Source: Camelus ferus (Eukaryota). Taken from it: 64,000 nucleotides of DNA. The notes beneath the pieces were generated by a model. It ran no database searches, had not been told where the DNA came from, and was given only the letters and a program-made list of their open reading frames with translations. The translations under genes and the position numbers were made by a program. The DNA lies in the NCBI RefSeq assembly GCF_009834535.1, contig NC_045696.1, forward strand, positions 39,992,001-40,056,000. Reading direction: 5' to 3'. Numbering within the stretch: position 1 is the first letter of the stretch; every line of letters begins with the position of its first letter. Positions 37,885 to 49,245 of the stretch are shown piece after piece.

Positions 37885-39000
37885 AAGGAACAACACGATA
37901 AAGATGTTTCCAAGATACAGAGTAAGAAGTTTGTAGCTGGAATGTATGAAGAGTTTCCACAAATAAGTAAGAAAAAGGCATATAATTCAAAACAAAAATG
38001 GGCAAAGGAAATAAACCAGGCAAGTACACAGAAAAAGAAATTTGAATGGCAAATAAATACATGAGAAGATGCTCAAGTTCATTGATAAATACATTCAACA
38101 AAATATTTATTGAGCCTCTACTGAGCTCAGGTGTAGTTTTCGGTACTTGGGGTACACAAGTATACTAAATATGGAGGCCTGTGCATGTGGAGGTAAAATA
38201 ATTAAAAGTAAGCCTATTTTCTGACTCACCATATTGGCAAAAATTAGATGTCTGATCTTATCAAATCTTGGCAAAGATTTAGAAGAACAGAAAATCTTAA
38301 GCCATAATAAAAGGTGTAAAAAGTGGTTCAAAAGTGAGGGAAAAAACCTTGATAACATCTTATAGTATTAAATGTGCATACCCTATTACCCCCAAAATTC
38401 TCCTTCTAAGTTTATAGCCTAAATATATTCTTGCACATGCACACAAGGAAATGTGAACAATAATGCATATTACAGCACTGTTGTAATATTTTATGAATCG
38501 GAAGCAATCAGGGAGTTGGCAATATGAGTATATACAAAGAAAGAAATATTATGAAGCAAGTAAAAGAAATTAAACAGATATTAATATATTAATATGGGTA
38601 GATCTCAAACTACAAATTTGAGGGAGGGAAATGCAACTGAGGGAGGGAAATGCAACTGACAGAATATAGAGCATGTAATAAACCATGTTAACAAAAATCA
38701 CATAAAACAATATCATATGTTCTTATTGTATAAATGTATGTATATATATTTTGTGGATGTATAAAACATTTAAAAAAATAGATTATGACAACTTTATAAC
38801 ATTGGTTGTATATGGTGAGAACAGAAGGAAATGGAAATATGTATGGGTAGTAAAAGTAACTTCACCTTAATCTTTGTTTTATTTACTTCATAAAAATTCA
38901 TCAAATAAGTATGGCAGAATGTTAATAAGCCTCAGTTTCAATTAATGAGTATAACTCTGTTATGTTATTTTTAATATTTTCTATATTTTAAAAAAGACCT
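37885..39000 (+). mobile_element. Ancient L1ME-like 3' region, with a small antisense L2 piece at about 38090-38190
   Basis: 'caaaaatgggcaaagga...aatggcaaataaatacatgagaagatgctcaagttc', 'aaatgtgcataccctattaccccc' and a decayed 3' UTR. Confidence 0.7.
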
Positions 39001-39584
39001 TTGAATATAAGCAAAATTGTAAGAAATGTTAGTGAATTTGTTACAACTCTACTCCAAGATAAGCAGACGTTTTTGTATATCAGAATTTTTGATTTAAAGT
39101 GGCATCTAGCCAATAAGTCCTAACATAGCCACTTCCAATCCTCTGTGAAAATTAAGAATGCAGACACCAAAAAGGGTAAATGATCCCAGCAACATAGTCA
39201 CAATCTGGGCAGAATTTCCTCTAATTTTCAGACCAAAGGAACTGAAGACAAAATTACAATCTGTGAATTGTTTATGTAGTGGAACTGAAATAAAGCAAAT
39301 CTATTCACCAAATAGTAATTAAATAATCCTTTTAGCTCTCCCTGTAGTTCACTGATGTAGGGAGGGCACAAAAATCTTACAAGACAGAGTACTTGGCAGC
39401 CTCTGTCTCCTCTGAGATACTGTTTTTTTTTGTGACAGCCAAATGTGGGCTCTTTTTATACCTGTAGCCATCAGTATTTCTTGTTTTACATCTCATCTAG
39501 TAAGATGCCACAATGTGCTGAGAAGTGGGAATGGACAAGCAGTACTGAGGTGCATTCCAGGTACTGGAGTTCTTACAAGTAAAG

Positions 39585-39750
39585 CATCACTGAAAATATT
39601 CTTAGTGTATGTAGGACTTACCTGGAGAACTTGTTCAAAATGTAGGTTTCCAGGCCTTCTTCCTCCCTAAAGACTGATATGCAGGGGGCCGGAATTAGGC
39701 CCAAGGCTCTGCATTTTGATGTTGATTAGTTCATGACTACAGTTTGAAAA
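39585..39750. mobile_element. MER5-like hAT MITE
   Basis: 'cttacctggagaacttgttcaaaatgtaggtttccaggcc...ggcccaaggctctgcattt'. Confidence 0.6.
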
Positions 39751-41239
39751 TTAAATGTCATCTAAGCCCCACTGAGAAAAGCCATTGTAACAATACAAAC
39801 GTGGAACTATAGTTTTTTCTTCTTTTGATGTACTCCATTCACAGTCATGTATTACACATGGGGAAAAAAAGTGCCAAATGAGTCCAGCAAAACTGAAAGA
39901 CACTGGAAATTGGACTGTGATTCATACTCATCTCCTGCCTTTGGCTGTAGATCTAAGGGACCAATGTGTAAAAGAAAATGTAGCAACAAAGGCAATTCTC
40001 TTACCTATTGGTCTGTTCGCAAACACTAGATCTGGATATAGTTTTCCTTGTTTAAGGACAGGTAAACAGAAAGATAATAACATGTGATTCAAGGGAAAAT
40101 AACACAAGTGAAAGGACAAGTTTCCTCGATACTGAAGGGAAGACTATACCTCTGAAAACCACATACAACAGAAACAGAACAAAATTTTTATAACATTTTT
40201 TTTTGTCTCCTCTTTAAAATATAAGATCTTTTCTTTTAAGCAGATGCAGAAAGTCATGAGAAAAAAACCTGCGATACCTTGGCTAAACAAGATGAGATAA
40301 AAAAGGCAGAAGAAAGAGAAGGGAGAAAGAAAATTAAAAAAGGAAAGGAGAAGGAAAATTAAAAATACATTGAAAGTTGGAAGGAATAAAATTTATAAAA
40401 GGCAGAAGATAAATCAGTAGTTGAAGGAAAAACATAAAAATCTCTCCTGCAATATTTTCTGAACTCCAATCTACTTCAGTTGACCTATGTGTTACTGGAT
40501 AAGTTTTGCAGCCCTGGAGGAAACCTCACCCTCGCAGTACTCTGTCCTAGCTTTCCCTTTGGATTCCTCTCTTTTGTCAAGTCCAAGTACTGTGTCTATT
40601 ACCAAAGAGTTTATCCCAAGGTTGAGCTGGAATCTCTTGTTATTTTTTGTAATAATAAAATACAATATTTCTGCTTTTTTTAATTTGGCACTTAAAAAAA
40701 GTATCTAAACTATTTGCATGAGACATTTTGCCAAGAGACAATTTCCTCACCCATTTCCATAAAATAGAGCCACATAGAGCAAAACCTTGCCAAGTATCTT
40801 GAGTAAATATTTTTTGCATGGTCAAAAGTTATACTAAATTGCTTGAGTAGTTTTGCTTAATTAAAAAAGACCAATAAACCATTTCAGGACAAATATCAGT
40901 TGCCACCATATCCTGGCTCTGTTATCTTCTAAATAGGATCTATAAATGATCCTTTATTACCTGTTTGAAATTTCATATATATTATATAAAGTATACATAT
41001 TTAAATTATTATGACATATTATATACAATAATTATACAGATTTATTTTTACATTATTATATAATACATATATATATATATACTTGTTTTAATGTTAAAAA
41101 TGTCTAGAAATAAACTGCACAAACTCTAAGGAAATACATCTATATGTTAACAGCAATTGTCTGTTGTTGGTTAGGTTTTAGAATGACTTTATTTTCTTTT
41201 TTTATTTATTTTCCAAATATTCTAAATCCACAGAACTTA

Positions 41240-44200
41240 GAACTTCTTCTAACCATGAGGAAATAACAAAAATTGAGTTTAACCTTCTGCTGTAAACAAT
41301 TGGGCAAAATACATGAAAAAACTGCTATTATACATGGGAAGACAGGAAGTGGAGAACTGGTATTCCTGAGAAAAGATGAAAAATTAAGGTGAGCTCTACA
41401 TTTAAGCTGCCCCTCTGCCTGGAGCCAATTACCAAAACAAATACAGGGTGGGAGAATGCAGAGAAAGTTCAGTTGGCCTCACTGAGTTGAGGAGGTGAAG
41501 ATCAAAACTGGGGAAGCTGAGGCAGCTGGAAACTTTAGGACAAAGTTTCTGAAAGTAGGAATAGAAAGAGGTCTGCACAGGGATCCCACTGAGTCTTACT
41601 GAGTACTAGGCCTGATATGCATTTAAGTAGTTCTGCTTTTGGCATAGACAAATACATTCTTACTAGGTTGACTTTACTGCAGATAATAACCATATACTCT
41701 GTACAAAATGCAAAAGAAATTACTTGAGAGAATTGGATAGTGCAAAACAGCAGGAAGATTCTGGAACTTGGAAGAAGAGAAACTCTTTATAAAGCATTTA
41801 GCTTGAGAGCACTCTATACTTGGCACCATGTGAAGTGGCTAAAATTCAATAGAAAACACACCATCTTTCAGGCCTGAAATGTCAGATTACAGCTGCTAGG
41901 AAGTGAGGGAGCATCCAGGAAGAGAACACTAGAGAGGGAGAGCCACAGACTGTGTGCACACCCTTTGCTAAAATCTCTGGGCAACCCATAACTACAAATA
42001 CATGGAGCCTACTTCTAAGACACTTAGCTAAGATCAAAAGAATTAAACTGAAAGTTAAGCTGTTATCCAAAAGGTATAATTTGCAGTCTGAGTCTAACCA
42101 AAATAATTGCCTGCAAAAACAAACAAGCAAAAATAAACTGGTTTTGAACTAATACAGCAGAATCCAGAGTTTTCATAATATCAACAATTCCAAGGATCTA
42201 ATCCAAAATTACTCAACATATGAAATAACAGGAATACATGACTTATTCTCAAGGGAAAAGAACAGAAGAGACAGTTCCCAAGGTGAAATTATCAGACAAG
42301 TACTGTAGAAAAGCTATTTTAACTCTGCTAAGAAAAGGGAAAAAATAATGTAATGAATGAAAAACAGTATAGCAAAGAAATGGAGGCTATGAAAAAGAAT
42401 CAAAGGAAAATTCTAGGAATAAAATATAAAATATCTGAAATTTAAAAATTCACTATATTGGTCAGTTTAACAGTGGAATGGAGATGAACAAGAAAAACAT
42501 CAGTTAACATTAAAAGGACTTGGGCAGTTGCTATCTGAAGAACATAGAGGGAAAAAAATTTACATATGTGTGTCTCTGAGACCTGTTTGAGAATATTAAG
42601 AAGTCTAACTTCATGTTATAGTAGTCCCAGGAGGATAGGAGAGAAAGTATGTGACAGAAACAATACTGAAAAAATAATGGCCAGATGTCCCCAAATTTAG
42701 TAAAGACATAAATTTACAAATTCAAAAAAATCAGTAAAATCCAAATGGATAAATATAAAGAAAACCACACATAGGCATAGTTATAATAAACTGCTGAAAA
42801 CGGAAGATAAAAGTAAAGTCCTGAAAGCAGTCAAGAGTATAATGACACACTATATAGGAGGATGGAACAAATGATTCAAACGACCATTAGCTTCTAATCA
42901 GAAAAGTAGAGGCGAGAAAACATCTTTCAAAAGCTTAAAAGAAAAAAATCAATCTAGAATTCTACACCTAGCAAATACATTCTTTAAAAGTAAAATACTT
43001 TGAGACAAAAATTACAGAAAAGCCATCATCAGCAGACCTGTATTATAAGAAATGTTAAAGGAATTTTATCAGGCAAAAGGGAAATAATACAAAATTGTAA
43101 GTAAAACACATGAGTGCCAGAAATTTCAAATAATTAAATAAATAAAAGATATTTTTTACAAAGACAATAAACTAAAGAAATATAATGAATTGAACAAAGT
43201 AGTATAGCTAATAAACCAATAGCGAAAATAAAATGGCATATTCAGTTTCAAATAGTCAATTAATTATGTAAAAAGTAAGAAAAGAGAAAAATAAAGAAAA
43301 AAAAAAGTCCATACACTGTAGAGAATTGAAAAAAATACATATTATATTCCATGATCAAAATGGAACTAAATTAGAAATAACAGAAAACTATCAGGAAAAT
43401 CTTCAAATATTTGGAAATTAAATATTATACTTCTAAGTATGCTATTAATTCAAGAAGAAATCACAAAGGAAATTAGAAAATACTTTGAATTGAGTGAAAA
43501 TGAAAAAACCATATCAAAATCAGTTAGTTGCAATTAACTTTTTTAGGTTAACTTATTGCTTTAGATGTTTTTATTATAAAACAAAAGGTCTAGAATCAAT
43601 AATCTGCCTTAAGAATTTATAAAACTTATTCTTAAAAAGAGCAAATTAAACTCAAAGGAAGCAGAAGAAAGAATAAAGTATAAAAATGAACAGAATGAAA
43701 CTTTTTTAAATGAATAAAGCCAAAACTTAATTTCTAAAACAAAAAATGAAATTCACAAATTCTAGTTTCAAGAAAAAAAGAGAAGATACAAATTACCAGT
43801 ATTAGGATTGCAAGAAGGAACATCACTACATATACTAGGATAATAAAAGAATATTACATAAAATTCAATGTCAAAAAATTCAACCATTTGGATGAAATGG
43901 AAAAACTTCTTGATAGATACCAATGAACAAAACCAAGAAGAAAGAACCAAATGAAATAAATTAAATTTGTCATTCAAAATCTTCCCATGGAGAAAACTGG
44001 TAGGAAGACTATTATACCAGCAAATTCTGCCCATTATTTAAGGAAGGCATAAAACCAATTCCACACAAACTGAAAGCAGAGAAGAAAGGAATGCTTACCA
44101 ACTCATTATCCAAACAAAGACATTATAAGAAGATAAAAACTACAGAGCATTATCTCTTATGACCATAGATTCAAAAGATTTTTTTAACATACTAGAATAT

Positions 44201-44430
44201 CATATATAGTAATGTATGAAAAGCATAACATAGCAGTAACAAGTAGCACTTAACCCAGGAAAGCAATACTGATTTCATTTTAGAAATTAATCAACATAAC
44301 TTACCACATTAACAGAATGAGAAAATCTTATAATCATTTCAATAGACACAGGCAAAAATCTGATAAATTCCATACCCACTCTTGGTAAAAACTCAGCAAA
44401 CTAGAAATAAAAGAAAACTTTTTTTGATAA
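41240..44430 (+). mobile_element. Ancient L1M element: 5' UTR, ORF1 and 5' ORF2, heavily deleted
   Basis: Colinear landmarks: 5' UTR 'ttcctgagaaaagatgaaaaattaaggtgagctctac', ORF1 'gtagtcccaggaggataggagagaaag...tgaaaaaataatggcc' and ORF2 'atcacaaaggaaattagaaaatactttgaattgagtgaaaatgaaaa'. Confidence 0.8.
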
Positions 44431-44724
44431 GAAGCTATACCAAGACTAGAGTCCCTTCTATATCCATGGAATACTATTTTCCAGGTCTAGATCTCCCTTC
44501 CATCTGTGACAGCTGAAGTTGAAAATATGAGAAATAAAAACATCATTTCCAGAGTAATCTATTACCTACAGGTGATAACAGTAAAAATGAACCAATACTA
44601 GATTATAATTCTTACTTTTATTCAGCAATTCCATCTGAAATTCCTTATTACCTCTCACCTGCTAGATTCTCTGACCCACTCTACCCAGAATTCAAGAATC
44701 ATGTGGCTTCTAGTAACAAGATTC

Positions 44725-44990
44725 ATAAGTTTGAGGATGTAATGTACAGCATGGTGATTATAGTTAACAATGCTGTATTACCTCTTTGAAAGCTGCCAAA
44801 AGTAGATTTTTAAAGTTCTCACCACAAAACAAACCTGCAACTATATGAGGTGATGGAAGTGTTAACTTTTTTGTGGTAACCGTTTTGCAATATATACATA
44901 TAAAATCACTACATTGTACATCTTTAACTTTCACAATTATATCAACTATATATGTCAATTATATCTCGATATAGCTGAAAAAAATAGAAT
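44725..44990 (+). mobile_element. L1MA9/L1MA10-like 3' end
   Basis: 'gatgtaatgtacagcatggtgattatagttaacaatgctgtatt...aaagttctcaccacaaaa'. Confidence 0.85.
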
Positions 44991-45190
44991 ATACTTTTTA
45001 AAAAATAATTTGGGCTTTATTTTCCTTCTCAGAAGTCTACTCCAGATACCAATTATTACTCAAATTAACAGTCCTACGAATTAACCTCAGTGCCATCTAC
45101 AAATTGTTCCTTGATTATCTGAATGCTGTCATGTTTGATATATATAGGGCTATGCTCTTGACTGGTATGCTCTCTTCCTTTTTCTATATA

Positions 45191-45408
45191 CAGGAGTTTA
45201 CAAACTTTTTCTGAGAAGTTCAGAAGGTAAATTTTAGGTTTTGTAAGCCCAAGGTTTTTGTTTGCAAACGCTTAACCCTGCTGTTTTACTGTGAAAGCAG
45301 TCATATACATGAGAAAATGGGTGTGGCTGTGTTCCAATTAAACTTTATTTACAAAAACAAGCTGTGGCCTGGATTTGGCTTAAGAGCTGTAGTTTTCCTG
45401 ACCGTGTG
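45191..45408 (+). mobile_element. MER58A-like hAT-Charlie MITE
   Basis: 'caggagtttacaaactttttctg...tgggtgtggctgtgttccaattaaactttatttacaaaaaca...ggatttggc'. Confidence 0.85.
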
Positions 45409-48014
45409 CTCTAATATCTTTTCTTTCATTCAAAAGATTGCTTAAAACATATTTTACAGTTAGGAGTGGAAAGACCAAAGCATCTTGTTTATAATTTTCT
45501 CTAATATTTGTAGTTACTCTAGACAAATAAATAAGAAATTTAAATGAAAGTATTTGGGGGAACTACTAAAAAACATTATCTGCAAATTTGCCTTCCTTCT
45601 GCTATTATAGTTAAACTACTCAGGCCTAAAACCCCAAATCTCTCATTTCTATGCACACAAAAGATGAACAAAAGTAGATCATAATCATGGTAATCAAGGG
45701 GATATGAATGTAAACATCTTAAAAACTATCCAATTAGTGCTTGTGATGGAAAAAAAAAAAGTCTCAGCAAAGGGAAGGGCTTTAAACTTTTGCTTGCTCT
45801 GTTTCTGGAATGATCAGGTAGTTTGTACATAGTCAAAGGAAGAATAGACATCCATGCAGTTTTAATACTTTTTCTTTGGTTCCTAAGACTGGATGGATGG
45901 GCACAATAAAAAATAATAAATGAAATCTAACAAACAGTATATGCCAGTATATGCATGGGGCTCTGTTTGGTACAGATACATACTTAGGCTACTTGGTTAG
46001 AAATGCAATAAAGAATTAATCCAAGAACAAATACCAGTATTAAGGCACATCACAAGTGCTTTTAATTAAGAGTTAGTTTTAAAATGTTAGCTAAATAATT
46101 CCACAGCATTCCATTCTCCCTCATAATCCATTGACAAGCCTTCTTGATCTAGGTCCAGTATATCTCCGGCAATGAAATAAGTCATTCCAGTTACCAAAGT
46201 CATCATATTATTACAGCTCCCTAGCTGCTACATTTAGCATCCATAAGATCACACCTCTCTGCCCTGTTGGAGAACACTGGCTCACGTATGCCTAAGAGAG
46301 TTCTGGTTCAGTTTGGCTTATTTTGAAGTCATGAGGATGGAACATTTCTCTTCCAGTTTCATCTGTCCATGCAGTGTGGGTCATTACCATCTACTCTGAC
46401 CACGTTTGTGTTGAGGTAGTAGGTGGGCCCTCACAAAGCAGCCTGGTGCTTCTCCTTCCCATATACCATTGTTGAGTCTAGGGTATCTTCAGCAAATGAC
46501 TTCCAAAAATGGAAGTTATAAGGAATATGAAGCATCAACACAGGCAGGCAGAAACCTGTGTTTTTAGTGCCTCTACTCCTCAACCTACTTCTCCTTTGGG
46601 TAACATTTAACTAGTACTTGGGATATATGCTTAAAATAAGTGGAGTTCACTGCTCTGTTCTCAGTGCCTGGCACAAATATGTCTGTTAATAAGCGAATCT
46701 GTAAACTTAAAATGATAAATTAGAAATTCTTTACAAGATTTTGCATTCCATTTCTTAATTGTACTCTATTTTACATCTATTACAGCAAGATTACTTTGAA
46801 AAATTGAAGCTGAACTTTTCATATTTCCTTCTTTTTTTGTCAGTCAATACTTTTTATCCTCCACTAATAGAAAAAGAAAGGCCCAAAAGGGAGAATATAC
46901 TTGCTATTTGAATCTTCAGCCTCTTCTAACTCATTTTTTAATTAATGAAAAGTCCCTCCTCTTTTCTTTACAAAACCTAGGAAATCAAGGGGAATTTCTC
47001 TTAGCTTATTAAACAGAATACTTCCAGACTTGCCTGTATCACTTGTGAGTATATTTTTCTTTGTCAGTCCACCTCAGTTTGAGCACAGACATGGTGTGCC
47101 TGAAGGAAAAACATTGTTTAAGGAGTCATTTTAATCCCAGATTCCCTGTGAGTTTTCTGTTTTTCATATTTAAAATTAGCATCTGGAGTAGTTACACTTC
47201 CACAAGCCATAGGTCAACTGCCCTAATGATTCAGGTAAAAGGAGAGTCCTCCTCCTCCAGGCACTAGTCCTGATAAATATCAACAACAGTCTCACAGAGT
47301 ACTATTGGGGCAGCGGTGGTGGGTATTTAACTTTTGTTACTGGACCCCCTTAAATGTGAGCCACATATGCCACGGCTTGTCCAGACTACTCTACACCACA
47401 ATGCCAAGTTTGGCTTTTAGTTCCTTTTCTTCTGGGTGGTGCAGTCCTTAAAAGTAGCTGTTGCATCCTCACTTCAGTTGGAAGAGAACATTGCTCAAAG
47501 GGGTGAATACAGAGTCCAGGGGAAATCATTCTTTACATCTTTGCATACTGTAAATACTCTCCGTGCAAAGAGGAAAAAAGTAAATGTATAAAAGAAAAGG
47601 AAAAAATGTGACTGAACTAATCAATGTGGTTCATGGGTGCCCAGTGTGTGCCCTGCACTATGCACACAGGACGTGTAAATGGATGAATAAAGTATATACG
47701 TACGTGTACGTATGCAATGGAAGTTTAAAACATAGTCACTCTTCCACTTGCTTGTAAATCTGGTGGAGAAGCTAAATTTACCCACCTGAAATAGCAAAAG
47801 TATAATTAACTCTGATACTACTAAGTATAACAGGTGTCCAAAATGAGGCCTAGATCGTGTTATGTTGTTACACAGAGGCTTCTTTGATTTTCCTACCAGT
47901 GACATTTAAAAGCAATCTTTATTGACAACCTAAGCGATTACTAAGAAATCATCTTACTTATTCTTACTGCCAGAGCTGAACTCTTCTCAGTAAAGCTAAA
48001 GCTAAAGCCATTGC

Positions 48015-48330
48015 CCAGACTCTGGAGTTGAGTCGCCTGGGCTCATGTTTTGACTTTGTTAGCTATGTGGCCTTGTTAGATATGCTTGACCTTTCTGTAC
48101 CCCAGTTTCTATATTTGCAGAATGAGGTATTTCTTGAATGTTCCTCATAAGATTACAGTGAGAATCAAATAAATTCATATTATTTTTAGTGTCTCCTGGT
48201 AAGTACCATGTAAGTATTCACTATTTATTTTTTATTGTAGTACAGTGACTTACAATGTCAATTTCTGGTGTACAGCATAATATCCCAGTCACGCATATAC
48301 ATATATTCAGAGTATTCACTATTATTTCTA
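48015..48330 (+). mobile_element. MIR SINE interrupted near its 3' end by an L1 stub
   Basis: 'cagactctggag...ttagctatgtggccttg...cttgacctttctgtaccccagtttctatatttgcagaatgagg'. Confidence 0.75.
48226..48310 (-). mobile_element. 85-bp young L1 3'-terminal stub
   Basis: Antisense to the 3' UTR end of the young L1s in this window ('tacaatgtcaatttctggtgtacagcataat'). Perfect 13-bp TSD agtattcactatt at 48213-48225 and 48311-48323. Confidence 0.92.
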
Positions 48331-49084
48331 GTACAGCGTTTGGTGGTAAGCATTATTTAAGTATTTGCTATCAGTTCTGGTTTCTACCACTATATGGCTG
48401 GACCTTTCCTAAGACAACAGTATAATTTGTGATTAACAGAACAGCAAAGTACCTTGCAATTAGAAATCCATGATTGCTGAATGAAAGAATCCAAGGCAAG
48501 CAGGGTGCAGACAGTTTGAGTGTGCCCAGAGGCAGTGGAATATATAATGTGAAAACATTGACCTGATCCTCCCACATCTTTGAGTAAGGAAATGCTTATC
48601 TTAAACAGTTCAGAAGACTTCACATCCACTCAGCATACTATTTTTACAGCTGGCTGCTTTTCCATCTAAAGCCCCCACTAGCCACGGAAGGCCTATGTGT
48701 GTCACTGCTGCTTTCTCCCTGAAGGTGTCATGAGGATGAATTTACTCAATATTCTAAAACTGTCAGAGATAACTGTCAGTGCAGCACTGCTGGAATGCAG
48801 TAGGAAATTAGACATGATAACCACGTGTTCTTAAACCACTCAGCCATTAGTTCATTTTTCTTCACAGGGAAATTTTGTACTCCCTTTTGTCCTAATGAAA
48901 AGTCAGGAAGTTCACACCTCCATATGCAGCTGAAAGAGGAGTGTCCAGTTAGACTTGGAATAGAAGGTAATAGTCTCAGGCCATACCATATTTTTCATTT
49001 CTATAATGTTTTGCAAAGTCTTTTTTTCCAAAAGTCATTTTAACATATATTACTTTTTCCAAAGGTCATTTTAACATACAACTG

Positions 49085-49245
49085 TCTTCACAATACCTTT
49101 ACAAAGTAGAGAAACAGTTGTCATCTTCACTTTTGATAAGGAAACTGTGGCTTAAAGACATGAAATGTTTTATCCAATCACTTTTTCATGCCAAAAATGG
49201 TATTAATCCCAGTTCACCTGACTCTCAATCTCATTCTCTTTCTAA
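49085..49245 (-). mobile_element. MIR SINE
   Basis: 'tcttcacaatacctttacaaagtag...cttcacttttgataaggaaactgtggcttaaaga'. Confidence 0.65.

Noticed and set aside
46412..46433. An intact let-7 miRNA gene
   Set aside because: Identity stops at nucleotide 13, and the mature 3' half, loop and full star arm are absent. It is kept only as a low-confidence finding.
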